Positions 9,753-18,965 of a DNA stretch of 49,114 nucleotides are shown in pieces. Each line of letters begins with the position of its first letter. Position 1 is the first letter of the stretch. A model generated the notes under the pieces. The model was not told the origin of the DNA. It saw only the letters and a program-made list of their open reading frames with translations, and ran no database searches. The DNA comes from Myxococcota bacterium (GTDB lineage Bacteria; Myxococcota; XYA12-FULL-58-9; JABJBS01). The translations under genes were made by a program, and so were the position numbers. Location of the stretch: assembly GCA_036339465.1 (NCBI GenBank), contig JAYZAY010000028.1:1-49114 (forward strand), written 5' to 3'.

Positions 9753-10904
9753 ATGATTCGGGTTTTGCATTTTACACGGGATTATTCTCCGGCGTCAAAA
9801 GGTGGTGTTTCGACGGTTGTCCCGAGTTTGGTCCAAGCCCTCGGGGGCCAAGGCGTTGATTGCGCGGTGGTGTCCTTTGACAATTGGCGGCTTCCAAAGG
9901 CACCCGGATCGGAGGCCCCACGCGTGGAAGAGGTTGCTGGGGTTTTGGTTTTGAGGGTTAATTCCTCTACTGAGTTGGGTCGGGTCAAGGCGTGGTCAAG
10001 GGATTGGCAGGCAGATATCCTTCAGGTTCATCAGGAGTTCCTGTGGCGATTGGCCAAGGAAGCCTACACAGGTAGGGATACGCCGGCGGTGTATCATGCC
10101 CATGTTTACCATCCGGCGATGAACCGATTGCGCAAAATCAATGAAAGAACCCTGGGATTGGTGACTCAGGAGGATGCGATCCGAGAGGCCGATGCAGTTT
10201 GGGTGCCAACTCGGAGTATTGAGACCCTGGTGGCTACAGACTTTGGTGCCCATGTCGAAAAGGTGTGCTCTATGCCATTTGGACTTTGGTGTGATGGATC
10301 AGGGCAACGGGCAGAGATGCGACGTAGGGCATCTGACCCCTTTGGCGTCCTTTATCTCGCGCGCTTTGGTGATTTAAAGGGCACACAGGATTTTGTCGCT
10401 GTGGCCCAAACTCTTCTGGAGATGGATCCAAAAATACGGGTGCAGTTGGCGGGAGGAATTCCTGGTAATCCGAAAGGTGAGCGGCGCTGGCAGAAGAGAA
10501 TGCGACATCTGCAGGCGTTATTTCCTGGGCGATTTGAGCTCCTCGGTTGGGTGGGTGGGCAAGAGAAGTTGCAGTTGCTCACGGGGGCGGATGTTTTGCT
10601 GGCACCAAGTTATTTTGAAACCTTTGGTTTGAGCGTGGGGGAGGCGCTGGCATCGGGAACCCCGGTGGTGGGTTACGATATTGGTGCGGTGGCTGAATTG
10701 GTTGAGCATGAGATGAGTGGCTTCTTGGTGCCTCCGGGGGATTTGGAGGGGCTGATCCATGGGGTTTGTAAGCTCTCTAAATCTCCAGAAGCGGCCCATC
10801 GTATGGGTGTTGCGGGAAGGGGGCGGGTGATGTCTGAATATGCTTGGGATGAGAAGGCTGTGTATTACCACCGGGCCTATAAAGACCTGATTGGCCATTC
10901 ATGA
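9753..10904 (+). CDS. Glycosyltransferase family 4
   Basis: N-terminal DYSP..GG and C-terminal PSYFETFGLSVGEALASGTPVV (ExFG..E) motif. Confidence 0.9.
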   Translation: MIRVLHFTRDYSPASKGGVSTVVPSLVQALGGQGVDCAVVSFDNWRLPKAPGSEAPRVEEVAGVLVLRVNSSTELGRVKAWSRDWQADILQVHQEFLWRLAKEAYTGRDTPAVYHAHVYHPAMNRLRKINERTLGLVTQEDAIREADAVWVPTRSIETLVATDFGAHVEKVCSMPFGLWCDGSGQRAEMRRRASDPFGVLYLARFGDLKGTQDFVAVAQTLLEMDPKIRVQLAGGIPGNPKGERRWQKRMRHLQALFPGRFELLGWVGGQEKLQLLTGADVLLAPSYFETFGLSVGEALASGTPVVGYDIGAVAELVEHEMSGFLVPPGDLEGLIHGVCKLSKSPEAAHRMGVAGRGRVMSEYAWDEKAVYYHRAYKDLIGHS

Positions 10905-11523
10905 TGGTATTTCTTTTCGACACCAACAAGGGCGACTTCGACCGCCGTAAATACACGGGGGAATTAAGATTGACTTTTGGGTTGAGAAAGCGGCTTTTTT
11001 TCCGGTTTCACCACCCAGAGATGGTCGGTCTGAAAGCCAGTGGTCGATCTCTGGTGGTCTCTTGTTGAGTCAATCGACCTTGGGTAAGTTGGTTCAATCT
11101 GAAAAGCAGTTCTTGGAAATGTGGGCGGGAAAGTTTTTCGGTGGCTGCCAATCACGCAAGACTTGCTCCCTATGAAAGAGTCATCACCCAGATTTTTTGG
11201 TAGGTTGGTTTTGAAGCGAAAAACGTCATCATTGATACCTATTAGGGCTTGCTGGGTCTCTTTTTCTGGGAAAAGTTTTGGACCTGACTTCGGCGAAAAC
11301 GGATTGACGAGATAGCCATCGCTGTCTTTAGCCGTGGCATGTGAGGCAGAGCACCCTAGAGTCGTCTCATGTTTGGACTGTTATCATACAATTAAGATAC
11401 TGACTGCGGTTGCCGGGGGGCCTTAGAATGTGAGCGAATCGAAGTTTATGGGGCACCGGTTAAACTGCTTTGGATTTTTCATGGAGATTTTCGGGTGGGG
11501 AAGATGAAGAGGGTCTTGGGGAT

Positions 11524-12156
11524 TTAGGGAATATTTAAAAGTTTGTGGGTCTGTAGGCTCAGCCGCCATTTGGGGTGACGACGGCAATACTCAAGGGCCT
11601 TTTGCGTATTTTCTTCTCGGTGGGGGCCGTCTTTGGGTTGGAGAAAAAAATAGTCAAAATCGAGGTGGCCGAACGTTTCGGGGCCTAGGTCGCTTTGGGG
11701 AAAGACAAGTTTCAATTCAGTGCCGTGGTTTTGCTTGAGTTCGGCTGTCTTGGGGCTGACGCAAAGATGATCGATGCCCTCCGGGGCTTTTTGGGTGCCA
11801 TTGGTTTCCACAGCGATTTCGAAGTCTGCTTTGGAAAGTGCTTTTAGGAGCGGTGCATCCACTTGGAGGAGGGGCTCCCCGCCGGTGAGTACCACGAATT
11901 TACTGGGTTGGTCGGGTTTTGGCCAATGGGTACGCAAGGCTTCTACTAGGGTGTGGGCATGTTCGAAGCGGCCGCCACCGGGACCATCTGTACCCACAAA
12001 GTCCGTATCGCAGAACTGGCAGGTGGCATTCATCCGGTCTTTGTTCTTGCCGTTCCAGAGATTACAACCGGAAAAACGACAAAATACAGCCGGTCTGCCC
12101 GATTGTAGGCCTTCTCCCTGTAGGGTGTAGAATATTTCTTTCACTGTATAGGGCAT
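11524..12156 (-). CDS. queE: 7-carboxy-7-deazaguanine synthase (radical SAM, CX14CX2C type)
   Basis: KEIFYTLQGEG, C-x14-CQFC, TGGEPLLQ, ETNGT, VSPK and C-terminal LSLQTHK. Confidence 0.95.
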   Translation of the reverse strand: MPYTVKEIFYTLQGEGLQSGRPAVFCRFSGCNLWNGKNKDRMNATCQFCDTDFVGTDGPGGGRFEHAHTLVEALRTHWPKPDQPSKFVVLTGGEPLLQVDAPLLKALSKADFEIAVETNGTQKAPEGIDHLCVSPKTAELKQNHGTELKLVFPQSDLGPETFGHLDFDYFFLQPKDGPHREENTQKALEYCRRHPKWRLSLQTHKLLNIP

Positions 12157-12242
12157 TTTGGGGTTGCCTAGGCCCTAAGGGCTCGAACGTCAAGCCAGGA
12201 AGGGGTTGCGGGGCCTAGAAAAGTAGTGGTAACCCTGGGTGG

Positions 12243-12533
12243 ATGGATTGGTATGATTTCGAAGCCGATGAAGCCCACCGCAAGCGCGAACGGGCAAAGG
12301 CCAAAGAACTTCGAAAAAGTCCCTGGTGGAAACGCCAGCTTTCTAAGGGTGTTTGTCATTATTGTGAAGCGCGTTTTTCCAGCGATGAACTCACCATGGA
12401 TCATATCGTGCCCGTGGTTAGGGGGGGCAAAAGTACCAAGGGGAACGTGGTCCCAGCCTGTAAGGCCTGCAATTCTAAGAAAGCCTACCACACCCCCGTG
12501 GACCAGTTACTTGAGGATTCTGGTGACCCTTAG
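12243..12533 (+). CDS. Small HNH endonuclease family protein
   Basis: CHYC...TMDHIVPVVRGGKSTKGNVVPACKACNSKK. Confidence 0.9.
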   Translation: MDWYDFEADEAHRKRERAKAKELRKSPWWKRQLSKGVCHYCEARFSSDELTMDHIVPVVRGGKSTKGNVVPACKACNSKKAYHTPVDQLLEDSGDP

Positions 12534-12740
12534 GAGCCCTTAGCGGGGCATCAACCTAGACATCGTGGGTTCGTAGCCGGCGGTGTCGTCTGAATCCCCT
12601 CTGGGACTCCAAAAAACTCTGTCTCTCGGTAACGCTGTCTTCGGCGGTTGAAACCATGGAGGCGCCGGTTGAGTCATTTTCGCCCGTGGTTGAAAAATAT
12701 TGGTGTGTGCAGGGTGGTGCCGACCTATTTTGAGTCAGGC

Positions 12741-14807
12741 TCAGCTTAGGCCAAGATGACGCAATAGCGCCTCTGTGGATGGAGCACGGCCCCGAAAGGA
12801 CTTAAATATTTCCAGGGGTGCATCGCTTCCGCCGAGAGAGAGCACGGTGTTACGGAATCGACGGCCCGTTTCAATGACCGCGCTGGCGTTGTCGAGACCC
12901 ACGTCTTCGAAGGCGCCGAAGGCGTCAGCACTCAGGACCTCAGCCCATTTATAGGAGTAATAGCCCGCAGCATACCCTCCCGCAAAGATATGGGAAAAGG
13001 CGCATAAAAAGCGATCCTCGGGAAGGGGAGGGAGCACCGTGGCTTTTGCGGCAACCCGTTGTTTGACTGTGGCCACGCTTTCATCGGCGCTTTGCACAAA
13101 GCGGTGGTGTAGTTCCATATCCAGTTGGCCAAAATAGAGTTGTCGGAGGGTGGCGGTGCCCGACATATGATTCTTGGCCGCGTAGATTTTATCGAATAAG
13201 GGGTCTGGGAGAACCTCACCGGTTTCAATGTGGGTGGTGAGTTGAAGGAGTGTGTCTTTATGGTAACACCAATTCTCCATAAACTGGCTGGGTAGTTCCA
13301 CCGCATCCCACTCCACGTTTTCGATTCCAGAAGCCTGCGGATAATCTACGGTGGTGAGCATATGTTGAAGGGTGTGACCAAATTCGTGAAAGAGTGTTTC
13401 TAGCTCGCGAAACGTCATCAATGACGGTTTATCTCCGACCGGTGGGGTTTGATTACACACGAGGTAGGCCACAGGATTGCGTATGGCGCCTTGGATGTTC
13501 TTTTTTCGGCCCCATAATTCGTCCATCCATGCGCCTCCCCGTTTGTTTTCGGGGCGGCTGTAAAGGTCGGTGTAGAATGCGGCAATCTCCTCCCCGGATT
13601 CGTTGAGGACACGATAATGCTTCACGCAAGCGTTCCACACGGGTATCTCTGGGCCACTTTCTTCAAAGGATACCCCAAAGAGCTTGGTGGCTAGGGCAAA
13701 CAATCCGTTCAGGACTTTTGGGAGTTGAAAATAGGGTCGGAGATCTTCATCATTGTAGGCGTATTGGTTTTCTCTATAGCGTTCGCTCCAAAAGGAGATG
13801 TCCCAGTGGCGCAGTTCCAAATTGGGATCCTTGCTCTCAGTACGCGCGAAATCAGTGAGGTCTTTTAGCTCGGTTTTTGCTGCGCCGAAGGACGCTGTAC
13901 GGAGCTCTTCACTGAGTTGGTCCACCTCGGTTACGGAATCGGCCATTTTGGATGCCAGGGAAAGTTCTGCGTATGTTTGAAAACCGAGAAGGTTGGCGGC
14001 CTCTTGGCGGAGCTGAAGGATTTTGTCGATATTGGCCTGGTTATTCCAGTCCCCGGTTGATGCCCGCTGAATTTGTGCGCGGTAGAGTTTTTCTCGAAGA
14101 TCACGGCGACGGCTATTCTGGAGAAACGGGACAATGATTGGGGCATCTAGGGTGATTCGCCAGGGGCCTGATTCGGGTGTCGCATTTGGATGGCCATTGG
14201 TTTGCGCGGCTTGCGCGGTGGCTTGCTTGAGACTTTGCGGCAATCCCTCCACTTCTTCGGGGCTTTGCAGGATGAGTTCAAAGTGCTTAGTGCTATCTAA
14301 GACGTTGTTGCTGAAATTGGTGCCCAATTCGGCAAGGGTGGTTTGAATTTCGTTGAATCGTTTCTGAGGTTCGGCTTCGAGACCAATGCCTCGGTGGGTC
14401 ATCGAGGTAATCGCCTTGTGGATGATTCGCTGTTGGGCTGAGTCGAGTTGCTCAAACTCGTCGCCGTCACGCATTGCTATCATGGCATCGTAAATGGGCT
14501 TGCTTTGACCGAGTTTCATAAAAAAACGCACCACTTTTGGTTGCATTGTTTCGTAACAAGTCCGTAGGTCCTTGGAGTTTTGGACAGAGTTTAGGTGCTG
14601 CACAACTCCCCATGCAATCCCGAGGGGTTCGGTCAGGTTATCGAGCGCCATCATGCATTGGTTCCAGTTGGGTTGGATATTGCGCTCTAGTTCCTCAAGT
14701 TTTTCGGTGGCTTCATCCAAAAGTTTTTGAATCGCCGGTTCCACGTGGTCGTGGGTGATTTTTGGGTAATTTGGGTAACTGTTGATGTCTAAAAGTGGGT
14801 TTTGCAT
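12741..14807 (-). CDS. prlC: Oligopeptidase A (M3A metallopeptidase)
   Basis: TLFHEFGHTLQH, WDAVELPSQFMENW, HIFAGGYAAGYYSYKWAEVL; 688 aa. Confidence 0.93.
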   Translation of the reverse strand: MQNPLLDINSYPNYPKITHDHVEPAIQKLLDEATEKLEELERNIQPNWNQCMMALDNLTEPLGIAWGVVQHLNSVQNSKDLRTCYETMQPKVVRFFMKLGQSKPIYDAMIAMRDGDEFEQLDSAQQRIIHKAITSMTHRGIGLEAEPQKRFNEIQTTLAELGTNFSNNVLDSTKHFELILQSPEEVEGLPQSLKQATAQAAQTNGHPNATPESGPWRITLDAPIIVPFLQNSRRRDLREKLYRAQIQRASTGDWNNQANIDKILQLRQEAANLLGFQTYAELSLASKMADSVTEVDQLSEELRTASFGAAKTELKDLTDFARTESKDPNLELRHWDISFWSERYRENQYAYNDEDLRPYFQLPKVLNGLFALATKLFGVSFEESGPEIPVWNACVKHYRVLNESGEEIAAFYTDLYSRPENKRGGAWMDELWGRKKNIQGAIRNPVAYLVCNQTPPVGDKPSLMTFRELETLFHEFGHTLQHMLTTVDYPQASGIENVEWDAVELPSQFMENWCYHKDTLLQLTTHIETGEVLPDPLFDKIYAAKNHMSGTATLRQLYFGQLDMELHHRFVQSADESVATVKQRVAAKATVLPPLPEDRFLCAFSHIFAGGYAAGYYSYKWAEVLSADAFGAFEDVGLDNASAVIETGRRFRNTVLSLGGSDAPLEIFKSFRGRAPSTEALLRHLGLS

Positions 14808-15186
14808 GTCCGTTAACTTTCGATGATCTCAACGCTAGGAGTTCAGATGTGGTTTGCCCAAATGATGGGCCATAAGTTCGTCATGGCAATTAACCCAGCT
14901 TGTGCTGGGGCGCAACGGATAGTCGTCGGTTAAGTCGGAGGTGATTTTGAGTTCAAAGAGCCAGATAGAGGCAACTGCATCCAAGGTTAGGGTTTTGGTA
15001 AGGCGATTTTTTCTCTAGAATCAGGTTTCTTCTTCGGGGACCTGTTCTTAGTCGTTGTTTTTTTATCTGGAAAGCCTTGGTGTGGTGGATATTTTTTTGG
15101 GGGGAATAATTTTTGTGAGGTGGCTTGACCCCACGCTGTGGAGCCGGCACTGAGCGCACAATAGCGGCGGTTAGGAGCGACAGTTG

Positions 15187-15849
15187 ATGAATTTCGAAGC
15201 GGTTATTTTTGATATGGATGGGGTGCTGGTTGATTCAGAGCCGCTTTGGAAGCAAGCGGAGATTGCATGCTTTGCTGAGCATGGAGTCCAACTCACGGAA
15301 CAATTGTGTCATTCCACGGCGGGAATGAGACTCGAGGAGGTGATTTGCCATTGGGCGGGGAAATATCCTGCCCTTCTGGGAAAAGAGACACCTTTATTGG
15401 AAGCCATCGTGGAACAAATGGTTTGTTTGGTGGAGCGCGAGGCTCGACCCATGGCAGGCGTGCTGCCTTGTCTCCAACGCTTGAGGGCCTTAGGCCTGCC
15501 CCTGGCTGTGGCCAGTTCATCCCACTTAAGGCTGATTCAGGCGGTGATGAAGGGCTGTGGTTTTGGAGGTTTTTTTGATGCTCTTGTGTCTGCAGAGGCA
15601 TTGCCCTATGGAAAACCGCATCCAGAGGTTTTTCTTTTAGCCGCCGAAAAACTGGGGGTGGCGGCGCGAAAGTGCATGGTGGTTGAGGACTCAGTTTTTG
15701 GGGTAATCGCTGCGAGAGCAGCGCAAATGAAGGTTTTGGCGGTTCCTGCGCCGGTGGATTTTGGCCGGCCGGAATTTGGGGTGGCCCATTGGAAGGCCAA
15801 AAGTTTGGAGGCGTTTCCTTATGGGGCGTTGGGTGTGTCGTTGCCTTAA
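15187..15849 (+). CDS. HAD-IA family sugar/hexitol phosphatase (HxpB/YniC-like)
   Basis: FDMDGVLVDSEP, VASSS, GKPHPEVF, VEDS. AGGAG upstream. Confidence 0.88.
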   Translation: MNFEAVIFDMDGVLVDSEPLWKQAEIACFAEHGVQLTEQLCHSTAGMRLEEVICHWAGKYPALLGKETPLLEAIVEQMVCLVEREARPMAGVLPCLQRLRALGLPLAVASSSHLRLIQAVMKGCGFGGFFDALVSAEALPYGKPHPEVFLLAAEKLGVAARKCMVVEDSVFGVIAARAAQMKVLAVPAPVDFGRPEFGVAHWKAKSLEAFPYGALGVSLP

Positions 15850-15878
15850 CGTTATGGGGAAGCTTTTTCAGTGGGGCA

Positions 15879-16490
15879 CTAGTCCCCGTAGGTTTCGATG
15901 TAGTCCGCCATGGAATTGCCGATGACTTCGGCAGCATGTTCGTAGCCATAAATTTGGTCGATGGTCACTTCGGTGGTGACATTTGGGGCCATCTTGTAGG
16001 TTTCGAAATAATGTCTGAGTCTTTCAAGGAGGATGGCTGGTACATCCGTAATATCTTTGGCGGATCCCCACACATAATCGTCTTTTAGTACGGCCACGAT
16101 TTTGTCGTCGGCTTCGCCTTGGTCAACCATCTGTACCCCACCGATGACCACGGCACTGAGTATAATATCGCACCGGTTGATGGGGCGCTCGCTCAACACA
16201 CAAATGTCGAGGGGGTCGCAATCTCCCTTCGTGGCGTTTGGAGAAAGATTTGCTACGGTGGCACCGCAATAGGTCCTGGGTATAAAGCCGTATAAAGCAG
16301 GCGGCTGGGACGAGGTTCGGTGAGGCCTGTCCACCTGAATGTAGCCGGTGGACTTATCCAATTCGTACTTGACCGAGTCAAAGGGGGTAATTTCAATATA
16401 GGCGGTGACTATCCGAGGTGGGTTTGGACCCGCCTCTAGCCCATGCCATGGATGGGGCCGCCACCGATAAAAAGCCTCTGGGAATGGCAT
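15879..16490 (-). CDS. ppa: Inorganic pyrophosphatase, family I
   Basis: [33 protein letters not shown]. Start is ATG 16490 after AAGGA, not the track's 16640. Confidence 0.92.
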   Translation of the reverse strand: MPFPEAFYRWRPHPWHGLEAGPNPPRIVTAYIEITPFDSVKYELDKSTGYIQVDRPHRTSSQPPALYGFIPRTYCGATVANLSPNATKGDCDPLDICVLSERPINRCDIILSAVVIGGVQMVDQGEADDKIVAVLKDDYVWGSAKDITDVPAILLERLRHYFETYKMAPNVTTEVTIDQIYGYEHAAEVIGNSMADYIETYGD

Positions 16491-16818
16491 GCTTGGTTTT
16501 CCTTTAATTCTAAGGCGTTTATTTCTTTTCGGGTGCCTTTCCCTAAGGTTTGGTCGGTTGGGCAGGGTTGCACTTTGTAAGCACCGAAACATCCACATCA
16601 TAGATTGGCCCGATGAGTGGGCGCAAGGGCTTTTATACACCCCTTACCGGGGCAGGTCGTTGTGCTTTGGAGTCGTTGATGCTTGGTTGGTTGACAGGAG
16701 CCGACTCTAAAAGGGCTGGCACCTCGTCGCCGAGAGGCATGGCAGTTGCCACTTGCTTCCAATTTGGGTAACGTCGCCGGGATTCAAGCGGGTATTACAC
16801 GCGAATGAAGAAGGCTAA

Positions 16819-18204
16819 GTGATGTTAAAAAAAATTGATGGGTATCATGGGCGAAGGCGGAAGAAGAGTTTGGCGCTCTATATCCTAGATGAGGCAGGTT
16901 TTCAGGCCTTTAAGAAGAACGCGAAGGTCCGGTGGCAGAATTGGTTAAAAACCACTGGTTTTAAAGCAGAGGGACTGAATTATACGTTTCTTCCCTCGGG
17001 CAATGGGGAGGCGGAGGCTGTTGTAGCGGCTGGACCTGATCTAGAGGAACTGGGGGCGATGCTGCGGCGATGTCTTCCCAATGGTGGTTATCATTTTGCG
17101 AAAGGATGTTCAGCGGACCTGAGCACTTTTATCTATGGCTGGGGATTGGGTGGTTATCGTTTTGACCGATACCGAGAGGTTTTACTTGGGAAAGCCTCCC
17201 TTGAGTTACCTGCGGAATTTAATGAACGCTTGAATTTAGCACAGCTTAAGGGTGTCTTTGTTTGCCGTGATCTAATCAATACGCCCCCAAATGATATGTT
17301 GCCGTCGCATTTGCAGACAGCGACCGCCGAGATTGCGCAAGTGTATGGAGCGAGGCTAGAGACTATTGTGGGAGAGGAATTAATCGAAAAAGATTTTCCG
17401 GCGATTCATGCAGTGGGTAAGGCCTCGTCGGATGCTCCGCGTCTTTTGGACATGCGCTGGGGTGATACTGGGCCATCGATTGTGCTTGTGGGTAAGGGCG
17501 TTTGTTTTGACTCGGGAGGTTTAGATCTTAAATCAGCGGCTGGAATGAAGCTGATGAAAAAGGATATGGGCGGCGCTGCCCATGTTTTGGCGGTAGCCAC
17601 CATGGTTATGGATATGGGCTTACCTGTGCGGCTTCGTGTGTTGATACCCGCGGTAGAAAATGCCGTATCGGGGAATGCTTTTCGCCCCTCTGATGTTCTA
17701 AATACGCGCAAAGGGCTCACGGTAGAAGTCGGTAATACCGATGCTGAAGGCCGACTGGTGCTGGCCGATGCCCTGACTGAGGCGGGATCTCCGGACCTGA
17801 TCGTCGATTTTGCCACTCTGACCGGCGCGGCTCGGGTTGCCTTGGGTACGGGATTACCAGGCGTTTTTGCGTCCGACGATGAGATTGGCGCAAGACTGGT
17901 CGAGCTTGGCCAAACCCTGTCAGACCCCGTTTGGAGATTGCCTCTACACACACCCTATCGTGGAAACCTGAAAAGTTCCGTGGCGGATATTAACAATATT
18001 TCCGATGCTCCTTATGGAGGTGCCATCACTGCGGCCTTATTCCTAAAAGAGTTTGTGGAGCCGTCGGTGCCTTGGGTACATATTGACGTGATGGCTTGGA
18101 ACAGCAGCGATAAAGCGGCGCATCCCACGGGTGGAGAAGCTATGGGTGCTAGGGCTGTTTATGGTCTCGTGGAATCGATGATTGTTACCGAGCAAGCCCT
18201 TTAA
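16819..18204 (+). CDS. Leucyl aminopeptidase family (M17) protein
   Basis: VGKGVCFDSGGLDLK, MKKDMGGAA, NTDAEGRLVLAD, DFATLTGA. Confidence 0.93.
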   Translation: MMLKKIDGYHGRRRKKSLALYILDEAGFQAFKKNAKVRWQNWLKTTGFKAEGLNYTFLPSGNGEAEAVVAAGPDLEELGAMLRRCLPNGGYHFAKGCSADLSTFIYGWGLGGYRFDRYREVLLGKASLELPAEFNERLNLAQLKGVFVCRDLINTPPNDMLPSHLQTATAEIAQVYGARLETIVGEELIEKDFPAIHAVGKASSDAPRLLDMRWGDTGPSIVLVGKGVCFDSGGLDLKSAAGMKLMKKDMGGAAHVLAVATMVMDMGLPVRLRVLIPAVENAVSGNAFRPSDVLNTRKGLTVEVGNTDAEGRLVLADALTEAGSPDLIVDFATLTGAARVALGTGLPGVFASDDEIGARLVELGQTLSDPVWRLPLHTPYRGNLKSSVADINNISDAPYGGAITAALFLKEFVEPSVPWVHIDVMAWNSSDKAAHPTGGEAMGARAVYGLVESMIVTEQAL

Positions 18205-18259
18205 AACCAGGAGGCGCCGTTTTCAGTTTTGCCTTTCTTGCCTATTTTTCAACCCAACT

Positions 18260-18859
18260 TTAGGCGTGCGCTATGAGTTCGTCTTCAGCGGGCATGTCTT
18301 CTTCGGCCAGCTTTTGGGGACCAAATTTTTGTGGATATTTTGGGGTTACTCCTCGGTAGAAGAGGCGCAGTTCGTCCATGATACTCTTAGCGGAGCGGTC
18401 CGATGAGATGGGTGCACTAAACCAGGTACGCTTCAAGCGATAATCCAGTGCGGTGGCGGTGATGGGAACGCCCGCTTCTTGAGCAATGTGTAAGAAGCCC
18501 GATTTCCATTTTTCCCGCCGACTCCGGGTTCCCTCAGGTGGGATGACAAGGAGCAATCCCGGTTCTTGTTCGAATTTTCGGCCCAACTCCTGGACAAGGC
18601 CGTTGCGATTGTTTCGGTCAACCGGCAGCCCCCCCAACTTTCGTAGTATTTTACCGCCGAAACCACCGAAGAGGGTGTGCTTGCCGAGCCAGCGGATATC
18701 CAAATGATAGACGTCTACAAACAGGCTCATGATGACAAAGTCCCAATTGCTGGTATGGGGCGCTGCCAGCAAAACCCCGGATTGTAGGGAGGGAGCCTGC
18801 TGGTCATAGTGCCAGCCCAGCAGCCGCAGGGCTACTTTAGAGAATGTCGGTCCAAGCAT
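18260..18859 (-). CDS. Lysophospholipid acyltransferase (PlsC-like)
   Basis: HTSNWD (HxxxxD) and PEGTRS motifs. Confidence 0.88.
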   Translation of the reverse strand: MLGPTFSKVALRLLGWHYDQQAPSLQSGVLLAAPHTSNWDFVIMSLFVDVYHLDIRWLGKHTLFGGFGGKILRKLGGLPVDRNNRNGLVQELGRKFEQEPGLLLVIPPEGTRSRREKWKSGFLHIAQEAGVPITATALDYRLKRTWFSAPISSDRSAKSIMDELRLFYRGVTPKYPQKFGPQKLAEEDMPAEDELIAHA

Positions 18860-18965
18860 TGAGAACTCCAGGTTGGATCTCTAGCTTCACCTGCGGGGCT
18901 AAAATGGTCAATGTAGGGGGAGGGGGGTATGACTGAGATGTGACAGTTATGGCCAAACTTTTACA

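Noticed and set aside
11524..12533. QueE + HNH as a 7-deazaguanine DNA-modification or defence system
   Set aside because: No DpdA/TGT-like, QueC-like or TatD partner is present. The genes are divergent, and both look like ordinary stand-alone housekeeping types.
16728..16757. TGGCAC/TGGCAG...TTGC as a sigma54 promoter for the M17 peptidase
   Set aside because: The GG-to-GC spacing does not fit the strict -24/-12 geometry.
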